A DNA stretch of 64,000 nucleotides, taken from NCBI GenBank assembly GCA_021827405.1, contig JAKAVY010000001.1:16861-80860 (forward strand), given 5' to 3'. The notes under the pieces were generated by a model, which had not been told where the DNA came from, made no database searches, and saw only the letters and a program-made list of their open reading frames with translations. Below, piece after piece: positions 19,644 to 28,734 of the stretch (positions are counted from its first letter, which is position 1; every line of letters begins with the position of its first letter). This DNA comes from Thermoplasmata archaeon (GTDB lineage Archaea; Thermoplasmatota; Thermoplasmata; Lutacidiplasmatales; UBA184). The position numbers and the translations under genes are program-made.

Positions 19644-20524
19644 ACGAAGAACCCCCTCAACCGTCGCCGGTAGCGCTCCGAGACCAGTTGCACCGCTACG
19701 TTGAGGATGAGCACCCCCACGATGAGAAGGAAGGCGGCCTGGAAGGAGAGGACCACCAGGTGCCCCAGGTTCGAGGGTTGATCGAAGTAGTTCCAGATGA
19801 ACCCGGAGAGGTAGCTCGTGGGGGAGGAGAGGCCCTGGGCCGGGGTGATGCTCCAGCCCGCGGTAAAGAGCAACGGCGCGGTCTCCCCCGCCCCAATCGC
19901 CATGGCGAGGAAGAGGCCGGAGAGGACCTGGGGAAAGGCGATGGGAAGCGCCACCCGTCTCAGGTACTGCCCGCGGGTGGAACCGGCCCCCAGGGCCGCC
20001 TCCCGCTGGGAGGGAGGGACCGACCCGAACGCCGCGTCGGTCACCCGGTAGACGTACGGGAGCATGAAGATGGACAGGGTGATCGCGCCGGCCCAGAGGG
20101 TGAAGGTGGAGTGGGTGTAGAGCACCAGGGCGAAGTACCCGAAATAGCCCACGACGATGGCGGGTGTCCCCGTGAGGAGGTTCGAGAGCAGCCTACCGAT
20201 GAGGGCGGCCCGGGGGCTGGCGAACTCCGCGGTGTACGCGCCGGCGAGGATGCCCAAGGTGCCCGCGATGGCCGTGGCGATCCCCACCAGGTAGACCGTC
20301 CCCGTGAGCGGGGCGTAGAGCCCGCCCCCGAAGCCCACCGGATCCGTGGTCAGGGTGGTCCAGGAAAGGGTGGGCAAGGCCTCAGACCCGATCCAATAGA
20401 GGAGGTCGATGATGGGGAAGAGGACCGCGACGAAGGCGAGGGGGAGCAGACGGCCCAGCCAGCGGTCGAAGGCCACCCGCCGGCGGACCCGCGCGTCCGG
20501 CTGGAGACCGAGCTCGATGTCCAC
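19640..20524 (-). CDS. pstA: Phosphate ABC transporter permease PstA. The start is inferred as the GTG at 20524. The ORF track extended it into an implausible P/G/R-rich N-terminus.
   Basis: Six TM helices and the EAA-like permease loop (ALGAGSTRGQYLRRVALPIA). A plausible N-terminus VDIELGLQPDARVRRRV precedes TM1. Confidence 0.8.
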   Translation of the reverse strand: MDIELGLQPDARVRRRVAFDRWLGRLLPLAFVAVLFPIIDLLYWIGSEALPTLSWTTLTTDPVGFGGGLYAPLTGTVYLVGIATAIAGTLGILAGAYTAEFASPRAALIGRLLSNLLTGTPAIVVGYFGYFALVLYTHSTFTLWAGAITLSIFMLPYVYRVTDAAFGSVPPSQREAALGAGSTRGQYLRRVALPIAFPQVLSGLFLAMAIGAGETAPLLFTAGWSITPAQGLSSPTSYLSGFIWNYFDQPSNLGHLVVLSFQAAFLLIVGVLILNVAVQLVSERYRRRLRGFFV

Positions 20525-20547
20525 GGGGAGGGGTACCGAACCTCCGC

Positions 20548-21582
20548 TCAAGGTCCGACCCCCACGCGCACGATCCCACGGGAACCGAAGTAGCGCAGCC
20601 CGACTAAGTTCACCACCAGGGAGATGGCCAAGAGGAGGAGGGCGACCTCCACCAGCGCATGGAGCAGGTCGGGGTACTCGAAGGCGCTGTCGAACTGCCC
20701 GACCATAAGCGTGGCCATGGTGGAGGAGCCGCTGAACAGGCTCGTGGGGAGCTTCACCTCGTTCCCGATGACCATGAACACCGCCACGGTCTCCCCGACG
20801 GCCCGGCCGAAGCCCAGGAGGACGGCGCTCGGGATGGACCGCCGGGCCCAGGGGATCTGGACCCGGCGCAACACCTCCCAGCGGGTGGCCCCCAACGCCA
20901 GTCCGCTCTCCACCTGTTCCCGGGGGATGGCCCTGAGGCTTTCCCGAAGGAGGGCGGTGGTCAGGGGCACCACCATGATGGTCAGGATGAAGATCGCCAG
21001 GATGAGCCCCGTCCCTCCGGCATACTCGGTGGGGCTGCCCCCGAATCCCGGCAACCAGCCCAGGGCATGGCTCAGCGCGGGATCCAGCTGCTTGGAGAAG
21101 TACGGGGCGAGGATCACGTATCCCCAGATCCCGTAGACCACGGACGGGATACCGGCGAGGAGATCGGTCAGCGAGGTGAGCACCCGGGAGGCCGGAGAGG
21201 GAAGGAAGACCACCAGGCTGATGGCGATGGCCAGGCTGAGGAGCATGGCGAGGACCAAGGCGAACCCGGCGGTCACGGCGCTCCCGATGACGAAATAGAG
21301 GATCCCATAGGTGGCCACCGAGGGGTCCGTGGGGTTCGGGTTCCAGGCCGGGCCGAAGAACCCCAGGCCGAAGTTCTGGAAGTGGGAGGAAAGTAGCAGC
21401 ACCCCCACGATGGCCACGAGGAAGATCCCCGGGATCCACCCTACAGGGGAGGAGAGCCCCCGGAGGAGGGTCCTACGGGAGAAGGGGTTGGGGGGGATGC
21501 GGTCGCGGGTCGCCGGGACGGCCCCCCGCCGGCTGCGCGGTCCGTCTTGCGCCGCGCCCGGTCGTATCCCCCCGTCTGACAC
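20548..21582 (-). CDS. pstC: Phosphate ABC transporter permease PstC. The start is placed at the GTG at 21582, 18 nt after the pstS stop. The upstream ATG at 21723 would overlap pstS.
   Basis: TM-rich protein with the permease EAA loop (ALGATRWEVLRRVQIPWARRSI) and a cytoplasmic N-tail before TM1 (RRTLLRGLSSPVGWIPGIFLVAIVG). Confidence 0.75.
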   Translation of the reverse strand: MSDGGIRPGAAQDGPRSRRGAVPATRDRIPPNPFSRRTLLRGLSSPVGWIPGIFLVAIVGVLLLSSHFQNFGLGFFGPAWNPNPTDPSVATYGILYFVIGSAVTAGFALVLAMLLSLAIAISLVVFLPSPASRVLTSLTDLLAGIPSVVYGIWGYVILAPYFSKQLDPALSHALGWLPGFGGSPTEYAGGTGLILAIFILTIMVVPLTTALLRESLRAIPREQVESGLALGATRWEVLRRVQIPWARRSIPSAVLLGFGRAVGETVAVFMVIGNEVKLPTSLFSGSSTMATLMVGQFDSAFEYPDLLHALVEVALLLLAISLVVNLVGLRYFGSRGIVRVGVGP

Positions 21583-21599
21583 GATGGCTCCCTGGAAGC

Positions 21600-22847
21600 C
21601 TAGCTGCTCACCGGGACCTGCTGGAGCGCCTCCATGTCGTAGCCGATCACGGCCGGGGTGAGCGGCAGGAAGCTCACGGCGGAGAGTTGTTTCCCAGGCT
21701 CGTTCCCGTAGGAGAGGATCCACTGGATGAACTCCACCACGTACCGCTGATGGCTCGGGTTGGCCGGATGGGTGGAGATCAGCAGGTACTCCAAGTTCAC
21801 GATCGGGTACGGAGTCGGGTCGGAGACGGTGGGGTTGGTCCCTCCCGCGCCCAACTGCAGGTTTGTGGCCCCGGGGACGCCGCCGAGGATGAGGCTCACC
21901 GCGACACTGGGGGGAGCCAGGTTGAGCAGGCCCAGGTTGGCGTCCTCACTGATGTTCGTGGCCGAGGGCAAGATGTAGTTCGCGGGGTTGGTCCCGTTGG
22001 CGTTGGCCAGGTTGTCCCCGAGCGCGGCGTAGCCCAGCCCATATCCCAGGGCCTCGGTCTCGTAGCTGATCCCGATGTAGGCGATGCCGTACTGGGTGTT
22101 CTGCAGGCCACTGACCATCCCGCCGTTCCCGTTGTAACCGGGGGAACTGGCCAGCCACTTCACCGTGGTACCGTACCCGTTCGGCCAGCCCTTCCAGGAC
22201 AGGTAGCAGAAGGAGCTGAACATGAACGTGTCCCCGCTCCCGTCGCTCCGGTGCAGCGGGATGATGGTCTGGTCCGGGAGGTTGACGCCCGGGTTGGCCG
22301 CCTGGATGAGCGGATTGTTCCACGTGGTGATCGCCCCGCCATAGATCATGGCCACGATGGTCCCGTTCAGGTGAAGATGGACCTGGTCGAGCCCTGGGAG
22401 GTTGTAGAAGACCAACTGGGCCGAGATGGCCACGGGGACGTTGATGAGGTTGTACTGAGCCGCGGTGGACGGGGTGAGGTAAGCATCCGTCCCCCCGATG
22501 TCCACCGTTCCGGACTCGGCCGAGCTGATCCCGGTCCCGCTTCCCGTGAAGCCCACGGTGACCGCCACGTTCGGGTGGAGGGCCGTGTAGTTGGGTCCCC
22601 ACAGGCTCATCACCGGCGCGATGAGGGTGGATCCTGTCTCCGTGATGGTGACCGAGCTGCCCGCGCTGGTCGAGGAACCTCCGTAGCCCTTCTCCAGCGC
22701 GTAGCCTCCTCCGATCCCGATCAAGAGCAAGACCACGGCCAGGGCCACGGCCAGACCCACGGAGACGGTGGAGCCTCTCTTCGAGGTCCCCCGTCGGGTG
22801 AGCTCGTCGTCGGGTGGGGGGGTCTTGCGTTCGTCGTTGCCGTTCAT
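21600..22847 (-). CDS. pstS: Phosphate-binding protein PstS, archaeal type with an N-terminal TM anchor and a Ser/Thr/Gly-rich linker. The ATG start at about 22847 is +/-2 nt.
   Basis: Begins MNGNDERK...VSVGLAVALAVVLLLIGIGGGYAL (TM anchor), then GSSTSAGSSVTITETGSTLIAPVM, and conserved PstS blocks (GTGSGTG-like FTGSGTGISSAESGTVDIGGTDAYL, IPLHRSDGSGDTF). The longer upstream ORF has a P/G/R-rich junk N-terminus. Confidence 0.8.
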   Translation of the reverse strand: MNGNDERKTPPPDDELTRRGTSKRGSTVSVGLAVALAVVLLLIGIGGGYALEKGYGGSSTSAGSSVTITETGSTLIAPVMSLWGPNYTALHPNVAVTVGFTGSGTGISSAESGTVDIGGTDAYLTPSTAAQYNLINVPVAISAQLVFYNLPGLDQVHLHLNGTIVAMIYGGAITTWNNPLIQAANPGVNLPDQTIIPLHRSDGSGDTFMFSSFCYLSWKGWPNGYGTTVKWLASSPGYNGNGGMVSGLQNTQYGIAYIGISYETEALGYGLGYAALGDNLANANGTNPANYILPSATNISEDANLGLLNLAPPSVAVSLILGGVPGATNLQLGAGGTNPTVSDPTPYPIVNLEYLLISTHPANPSHQRYVVEFIQWILSYGNEPGKQLSAVSFLPLTPAVIGYDMEALQQVPVSS

Positions 22848-22863
22848 GCGTCGTTTCCTCCGT

Positions 22864-24039
22864 TCATGACTTCTCCTTTTTCTCTCGGGTGTTCCTTGGG
22901 GTTGTCGAGGGATGCTCCGGCGGGGCCCACCCGTCGGGAAGGGACCGGGGGGAGAGCGCCTTCTCCACGCTTGCGTCCAGGGCGATCTCGGCGAGGTCGG
23001 TCCCGTACGCGGCGGTCCGGTCGATGGACTCCAAGATGAGGGCCAGCGGGACCAGGCAGGACCCTGGGATATGGCCGATCTCCCGGTGCCCGAGCAGCCG
23101 GTCCAGCAAGGCGTGGCGGCCCACCCGGATCCCCTCGATGGCGTCGATGAGGCGGTTCGCCCGGTCCGGGTCCGGGTCCTCCAGGAGGCGCTGGGCCTCT
23201 CCCAGGGCGGACAAGGTCTGTTGGTGGAGCCCGACCAGAGAGGAGCGGAAGCGCGCCGGTAAGCCCCCGGGGGGGAGCCGGGAGACGGCCTCCGAAAGGA
23301 GCACGGCATGGTCAGCCACCCTCTCGAGGGCCCTCGCGGTGGCGAGATAGCTCAACCCGGAGGACGCGTCGGCCCCCGGACCGTCCGCCCCCGGGGGACC
23401 CTTCGATCCCTGGACCAAGCCGCGTTGGAGGAGCCAGGCCAGCCGGTCGACATCGTCGTCGCGACGCGCGAGCGAGAGATCCGGGATCCCCCCGGCGAGG
23501 GCTTCCCCCGCGGCGCGCTGCAGTTCCAGGACCAGCTGGAACATCCGCCGCAGCAGGGAAGGGAAGTCGGGCAGGTGTCCCTCGGAAACATCCTTCAGGA
23601 CCTCCTCCCGCCCGGAAGCCCGAAGGACCTCCAGGTGGCTGGTCCGGCGCAGGAACTCCGGCAGGATCTGGCGGACCTGTCCCGGTTCGGCGCGGAGCAC
23701 GAGCTCACCGGCCCCGGAGAGGTAGGCGGCCACCAGCCGGCGAAAGCCGTGCTCGGGGGGTTCGGTGGGAGCGAGGCGTACGTCGAAACGGACCTTCGCT
23801 CCGCGCAGGTCGGGGCGGCTCACCAGCAGCCGCCCGTCGGCGAGGGGGGTGAGAAGGAGGCTTTCCCCGGGGCGGACCTCCCGGCCCGCCGTGAAGCCCC
23901 GGGGGAGGGCCACCAGCAGTTCCCCTTTGGTCCCCCGGCGGAGGCGCCGGACGGTCGGGTGCGCGGGGGGGGCTGCCGGGGGGTTTCGGGAGAGGGCCCG
24001 GGGCGCGGGGGCCTCGGGGGCGCCTTCCAGGACCGACAC
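22864..24039 (-). CDS. Archaeal phosphate-uptake regulator: N-terminal AbrB/SpoVT-type swapped-hairpin DNA-binding domain fused to a PhoU-like helical domain. The true start may be internal.
   Basis: N-terminal region KGELLVALPRGFTAGREVRPGESLLLTPLADGRLLVSRPD resembles the AbrB/MazE beta-hairpin domain. The C-terminal 250 aa form helical PhoU-like repeats (DDVDRLAWLL, ALERVADHAVLLSEAV). It is the first gene of the pst operon. Confidence 0.6.
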   Translation of the reverse strand: MSVLEGAPEAPAPRALSRNPPAAPPAHPTVRRLRRGTKGELLVALPRGFTAGREVRPGESLLLTPLADGRLLVSRPDLRGAKVRFDVRLAPTEPPEHGFRRLVAAYLSGAGELVLRAEPGQVRQILPEFLRRTSHLEVLRASGREEVLKDVSEGHLPDFPSLLRRMFQLVLELQRAAGEALAGGIPDLSLARRDDDVDRLAWLLQRGLVQGSKGPPGADGPGADASSGLSYLATARALERVADHAVLLSEAVSRLPPGGLPARFRSSLVGLHQQTLSALGEAQRLLEDPDPDRANRLIDAIEGIRVGRHALLDRLLGHREIGHIPGSCLVPLALILESIDRTAAYGTDLAEIALDASVEKALSPRSLPDGWAPPEHPSTTPRNTREKKEKS

Positions 24040-24095
24040 GGGGACCTCGGGGGCGTCGTGCGAGATATATAGGCTATGAATTTAGAATATAGCTT

Positions 24096-24123
24096 AGTCC
24101 ATATCTATCCATCTAGTCCATAG
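24096..24123. promoter_or_regulatory. Triple tandem direct repeat (TAGTCCATAt / CTATCCATC / TAGTCCATAg) inside an AT-rich island (about 24060-24150) between the divergent pst operon and the phosphatase-like gene. Candidate operator / TATA-BRE region.
   Basis: tagtccata occurs at 24096-24104 and 24115-24123, with ctatccatc between them. Local AT content is far above the 69% GC background, and tatata/ttagaatata motifs lie at 24066-24090. Confidence 0.4.
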
Positions 24124-24223
24124 ACTTATGGTAGGTCCCTAGGACCGGCAAGGCCCTTCGCCCTCCCTGTCACACTGACGCCGGCGGTACAATCCCACGC
24201 CCGCCGGGCGGACCGGCCCGTTC

Positions 24224-25618
24224 ATGGCCTTCCGGGACCGTCCAGGTCCGGGCCCCCCCGTGACGGAGAACCTGATCGTCCTCGTGGCGGATACCCTGCG
24301 CCATCCGGACGGGGTCCCCGGGCTCTCGCTCCCCCGCCACATGCCCTTCCTCGCTTCCCGGCTTCCCCGGGCCCGGGAGGTCCCCGACCTCATGGCCAGT
24401 TCCAGTTGGACGCTCCCTTCGCACCTGGCGCTGCTCGCCGGCTCCCATCCGGCCGAGACCTCCGCGCTTTTGGGCGCTCCCCAGGCCGCCCCGCCGACCC
24501 TCGCCACAGCCTGGCGGAAGGCCGGCGGGGAGAGCCTGGCCTTCTCGGCGAACTACCTGGTCCAGCCCTCCATGGGCGTTGGGAAGGACTTCGACGCCTT
24601 CAACCCGGGGGCCCCGTTCGCCCTCAGCGAGCCCATCCTGCGGGGCTGGCAGTCGGGGGGTCTGGAACGCCGCCTCTTCGAGGCTCTAGCGGACCACCAG
24701 CGTTCCCCCCGCCGGCTCCTCCCCCGTCTGCGGGCCCAGGCCCTCTGGCAGTTGAGCAGCGGGGTGTATGCGGGCACCCAACTGCTCTATCACGGTCCCA
24801 CGGTGGTCCGATCCCTGGACCGGGCCCTCCGGGTCCGCGATCGCCCCCCCCTCCTCCTCTTCGTGAACTTGCTGGACGCCCACGAGCCGTACCTGAGGGG
24901 CGAGACAGGCCCCTGGCCGGATTGGGGCCACCTTCCCGGCCTCGGCCTCTGCCAGCACGTGCCGAACCTCACGCGGGGAAACGCGGCGGCCTCGATGCAG
25001 CGGGCCTACCGGTCGGCCCTGGGGCGGCTCGACTCCTCCTTGGCCGGGATCTTCCGGACCCTCTCGCGGCGAGGCTACCTCGAGGACGCGAGGGTCCTGC
25101 TGGTGAGCGACCACGGGCAGAGCCTGGGAGAGCACGGCTTCTACGGCCACGGCTATTATCTGTACGACGAGCTCGTCCGGGTCCCGGGCTATCTCTGGGA
25201 GTTCCGGGGGGGACGCGCCTTGGACCCCGGTCCCCTGCCCCCGGGGCCCTGGGACCACCGTCACCTCTCCTCCGTGCTAGGAGCCTGGATCGCCTCCCCG
25301 GGTTCCCTCGCCGCGCCGGAGCCCTGGCAGCGGGCCCGCGACCGGTTGGGACCGGCCCTCTCCGTGGTGGAATCGGTCCCCCCGCATCCCCCGGAGGGAC
25401 CTCGGCATGCTGCCGTCCACGGTCCGCGCCATGTGCAAAGCCGCATCTTCCCGGCCCCGGAGAGCCCCGTCTCCCCCCGATCCGGGGGTTTGGGCAGGGA
25501 CGGGGAGAGCTCCCTCAGTCCCCTTCGGACCTACCCCCTCGAGGGGGGGCCGACGGAGCCTCCGGCCCCGCTGGAGAGCGAGGTCGAGGAACGGCTCCGC
25601 GCCTGGGGTTACCTCTGA
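24224..25618 (+). CDS. Alkaline-phosphatase-superfamily hydrolase (sulfatase / phosphoesterase-like), probable Pho-regulon member
   Basis: LIVLVADTLR (metal-binding Asp), SSSWTLPSHLAL (in place of sulfatase C/S-x-P-x-R) and VSDHGQSLGEHGFYGHGYY (sulfatase C-terminal metal-ligand signature). It is divergent from the pst operon across the AT-rich island. Confidence 0.6.
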   Translation: MAFRDRPGPGPPVTENLIVLVADTLRHPDGVPGLSLPRHMPFLASRLPRAREVPDLMASSSWTLPSHLALLAGSHPAETSALLGAPQAAPPTLATAWRKAGGESLAFSANYLVQPSMGVGKDFDAFNPGAPFALSEPILRGWQSGGLERRLFEALADHQRSPRRLLPRLRAQALWQLSSGVYAGTQLLYHGPTVVRSLDRALRVRDRPPLLLFVNLLDAHEPYLRGETGPWPDWGHLPGLGLCQHVPNLTRGNAAASMQRAYRSALGRLDSSLAGIFRTLSRRGYLEDARVLLVSDHGQSLGEHGFYGHGYYLYDELVRVPGYLWEFRGGRALDPGPLPPGPWDHRHLSSVLGAWIASPGSLAAPEPWQRARDRLGPALSVVESVPPHPPEGPRHAAVHGPRHVQSRIFPAPESPVSPRSGGLGRDGESSLSPLRTYPLEGGPTEPPAPLESEVEERLRAWGYL

Positions 25619-25817
25619 ACGCGCTGCTCCCTCAGGGTGGGCTCCGTCCGGACCCCCTCGGGTCCCCCCCCAAGCCCGGACCGGCTTTCCGTGGGGAGGA
25701 TTTATACCCCCTCCCGTTTGCCCGGGCGGGGGAATGAGGAACACCTGTCTCGCTGACCCGATGAGGAGACATGCGACAGACTGACCCCCGCCCCCGGCCT
25801 CTGGGCCCCTCGTAAGC

Positions 25818-26714
25818 ATGCCCGAACCAGAGTTCTCCTGGCGCCCCTTCCTGGCCATCGTCGTGGTGGTCATCCTTCTGGTGGGGGCCGGCATCTACAC
25901 CCTCTCCGTAACGGTGAACAAACCCCTCTCCGGACCGAGCAACCCGACCGTGGTGGAGGGGGACAACGTGTCGGTGAACTACATCGGGACCTTCGGGTCC
26001 GGCATCAACCAGGGAAAGGTCTTCGATACCTCCCTCTTGAGCGTGGCCCGGAACAACGCCACTTTCCCGAAGGCCCTGAGCTTCAGCTTCCGCGGCGTGA
26101 GCGGGTACGTCCCTCTGGAGGCGCATGTGGGCCCCCAGAGCTACACGCCCTTCACCAGCCTCATCACCGGTTTCTGGCAGGGGCTCATAGGGATGAGGGA
26201 GGGGCAGACCAAGGTGGTCACCATCCCCCCCGCCCTGGCCTACGGGGCCGCCAACCAGAGCTTGATCCAGACGCTTCCCTTGGTCCAGGAGATCCCCATG
26301 CTCTACACGTACACTCCGGCTGCGTTTGGCACCGCGTACGGCGGTATCGCGGCCCTCCCCGGCTCCACCTTCACCGACCCGCACTGGGGTTGGACCGACG
26401 TGATCCTGTCCGTGAACGCCACGGCGGTGGTGCTGGAATACGCCCCCACCCTGGGGGAGGTGGTCCACCCCTTCGGTTGGGCCATCACGGTGAGCAACCT
26501 GAACAGCCCGCACAACTCTACCGGCCAGATCACCCTGACCAACCAACTCACTCCCTCCGACGTGGGGACGGTCACCGGAACGAACTTCCAGAACAGCCGG
26601 GTCTTCTACTTGACCAACGTGAACCTACAGGCCGGCACCTACACCCTCGACTACAACTCGCTGACCGCCGGGGCCACGCTCATCTTCACCATCACGCTGG
26701 TGGCCATCTACTGA
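25818..26714 (+). CDS. Membrane-anchored FKBP-type peptidyl-prolyl cis-trans isomerase with a C-terminal Thr/Asn-rich sequon-dense extension
   Basis: N-terminal TM anchor FLAIVVVVILLVGAGIY. FKBP core VVEGDNVSVNYIGTF..GKVFDTS...FSFRGVSGYVPLEAHVG...GFWQGLIGMREGQTKVVTIPPALAYG. The C-terminal 150 aa carry at least 8 N-x-S/T sequons (NATF, NQSL, NATA, NSTG, NLNS...). Confidence 0.7.
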   Translation: MPEPEFSWRPFLAIVVVVILLVGAGIYTLSVTVNKPLSGPSNPTVVEGDNVSVNYIGTFGSGINQGKVFDTSLLSVARNNATFPKALSFSFRGVSGYVPLEAHVGPQSYTPFTSLITGFWQGLIGMREGQTKVVTIPPALAYGAANQSLIQTLPLVQEIPMLYTYTPAAFGTAYGGIAALPGSTFTDPHWGWTDVILSVNATAVVLEYAPTLGEVVHPFGWAITVSNLNSPHNSTGQITLTNQLTPSDVGTVTGTNFQNSRVFYLTNVNLQAGTYTLDYNSLTAGATLIFTITLVAIY

Positions 26715-26738
26715 GGGCCTCCTCCGGCAGGAGGGCCC

Positions 26739-27671
26739 TCAGAGCTCGATCTTTCCCTTCTGGAAGAGCGTCCGGAGGTTGTCCTCGGCCGTCCGATGGC
26801 GGACCTCTTCCTCGCGGTGTCCGGCACCTCGTACCGCACGGTTGTGGTCCTCCAAGGTCCGCCGGGCCTCCTGATTGAGCTGCCGGGAGTCCTGGATCTT
26901 GCCCATCACTGACCGCTCCAGTTCCCGGATCTCCAGCCCTAGGGCGTCCGCCTTCTGCAGGGCCTCGCTCCGGGCCTTTCCCCGCGCCCGGATCTCCCCC
27001 ACCAGGTGACCGATCTCCACCAAGCGTCCCTTCACCTGGTCCAAGACCTTCTGACGCTCCCCCCGGAGCTCCTCGAACTTCCCGTTGAGCTCGTCCGCGA
27101 GCTGCCGTGCGCGGGCCAGCTCGTCCCGGGCCCCTTGCTGGGACTGGTCCTCCATCTTCCAGACCGCCTCGGCCTTCTCGGCCTGGGAGAGCTGACCGCG
27201 AAGCTCCCGGATCCGGGTGATCAGCGCATTCTCCTCCTTGAGGGTCATGACCGAGGTCTGCTGCCGGCGCTCCAGCTGGGCGATCTCCTGGGACAGGCGG
27301 TCCGGCCGGGGGCGTGAGTCCGACTCCCGGTGCCTCTCCCGACCCCGCTGGAGCTCGCTGAGCAGTTCCTCCGCGCGGGCCCGGGCCTTATCCCGCTGGG
27401 CCCGGACCTCTGCCTGGCGCCGCCCCAGGTCCCGGTACCGCTGGTGGTACTGCTCGACCTCCTCGTATAGCGGGCCCCGCCGGTCCTGCAGGGTCAGCGC
27501 TTCGTCTCCCAACCTTCGAGCGAGGGCGAGCAGGTCTCCTCGCCGGTCCTTCAGGTTGTAGAGCTTCTGCTCCGCCGAGTGGATCTCCTCGCGGAGGTCT
27601 CGGTCCTTCTGCTCCTGCTCCTCGCTGAGCCAACGAAGGCGGGCGGCCACGGGCGTAGGGAGGGCCTCCAC
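26739..27671 (-). CDS. Coiled-coil protein (COG1340-like uncharacterised archaeal coiled-coil protein). GTG start at about 27671; the longer upstream ORF is a low-complexity P/S/G tail.
   Basis: 310 aa with almost uninterrupted heptad-like E/R/K/L/Q-rich sequence (EEQEQKDRDLREEIHSAEQKLYNLKDRRGDL...RTLFQKGKIEL) and no globular motifs. Confidence 0.45.
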   Translation of the reverse strand: MEALPTPVAARLRWLSEEQEQKDRDLREEIHSAEQKLYNLKDRRGDLLALARRLGDEALTLQDRRGPLYEEVEQYHQRYRDLGRRQAEVRAQRDKARARAEELLSELQRGRERHRESDSRPRPDRLSQEIAQLERRQQTSVMTLKEENALITRIRELRGQLSQAEKAEAVWKMEDQSQQGARDELARARQLADELNGKFEELRGERQKVLDQVKGRLVEIGHLVGEIRARGKARSEALQKADALGLEIRELERSVMGKIQDSRQLNQEARRTLEDHNRAVRGAGHREEEVRHRTAEDNLRTLFQKGKIEL

Positions 27672-28077
27672 CCGCCTAAAGCCTTTCCGGCGCACGGGTG
27701 GGGAGGGCGTTCCTGCGGCATCCCGCTGCCGAGAGGGTGACCCTCGCACCGGGCCGTAACGTGGCCACGCACCGGGACCGGTCTCGCTGCCATCGGCGAC
27801 GAACTCCCCGGGAGGGGAGGTTTCCGAACGGGCTGAACGGAACGACCTGGGGAAACCGGGGCACGGTCCCTTCCAAAGGAGCCGGGGCTCCGGATCAGGG
27901 GACCGCCCCTCCCCGAGGCTGGCACTCCCGTTTCTTCGTCCCGGCTGAGATGGGCTTCCCCTGGGAACTTCCCGAACTACCCTCGCCCATCCTGCCTCCG
28001 CTGCCTCCTCGCTCGGGGACGGAGCTCGTTCCTGTCCTGGCCCGGGCCCGGGCCCGCCCGAATCATTATTATATGGG

Positions 28078-28734
28078 GTGGACGTGGGCCTTGCCATGGC
28101 AATGCCTAGCACTGCGGAGGCGCCGTTCACCCAACGAGAAAGCAAGGACCCCTTCTGGGCTCCTGCCACCGTTCTCGGGCTGGCCGGGTTCGGGACGACC
28201 ACCATGCTCGCGGGCGTCGCGATCGCGTCCAACGGGGCGAACTGGGGCGTGGACAACGGGGTGGTCTTTCCCATGGCTCTCGCCTTCGGCGGAACGACCC
28301 AGTTCGTCGCTGGGCTGGTCATGCTCCGCCGGGGGGAGATTTTCCCGGGGTCTGCCTTCGTGGGGTACGGGGCCTTCTGGTGGGCCTTTACGATCTTTCT
28401 GAGCGGACTGTTGGGAACGGGCTTTGCGGGGGGCCCGACCGCCAGCTACGACATCATGTGGTTCATGATCATCTGGTTCCTGTGGACCCTCTCGTTCCTC
28501 ATCAACGCCAATAAGCATGGCTGGGGGATCTTCGGGGTCTTCCTCCTGTTGGACCTGGCGTTCCTGCTCCTATCGATCGACTTCGGGATCCTTGGAGGGG
28601 GGCACACGGTCTCCAACGGCCTCTGGGAGGCCACCGGGATCGAGACCTTCATCACGGGCTTCCTGGCCTGGTACGTGGCGACGGGGGTCCTCACCGCGGC
28701 CCACCACGACGGACGGAAGGTGCTGCCCTTCTAG
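28078..28734 (+). CDS. GPR1/FUN34/YaaH (AceTr/SatP) family acetate/succinate channel
   Basis: Six TM helices. Signature N-terminal motif DPFWAPATVLGLAGFGTTTMLAG (NPAPLGL-type) and the family-typical FGGTTQFVAGLVMLRRGE and YGAFWW segments. Confidence 0.75.
   Translation: MDVGLAMAMPSTAEAPFTQRESKDPFWAPATVLGLAGFGTTTMLAGVAIASNGANWGVDNGVVFPMALAFGGTTQFVAGLVMLRRGEIFPGSAFVGYGAFWWAFTIFLSGLLGTGFAGGPTASYDIMWFMIIWFLWTLSFLINANKHGWGIFGVFLLLDLAFLLLSIDFGILGGGHTVSNGLWEATGIETFITGFLAWYVATGVLTAAHHDGRKVLPF

Noticed and set aside
19640-21439. 599-aa ORF reported as a single reading frame covering pstA and upstream
   Set aside because: Only the C-terminal 294 aa are PstA-like. The N-terminal 300 aa are P/G/R junk overlapping pstC in another frame. 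The gene was trimmed to the GTG at 20524.
24406-25737. 443-aa +-strand ORF overlapping the phosphatase-like gene
   Set aside because: It is an alternative frame of 24224-25618 and the protein is P/G/R-rich. The 24224 frame carries the metal-binding and SDHG...GHG motifs.
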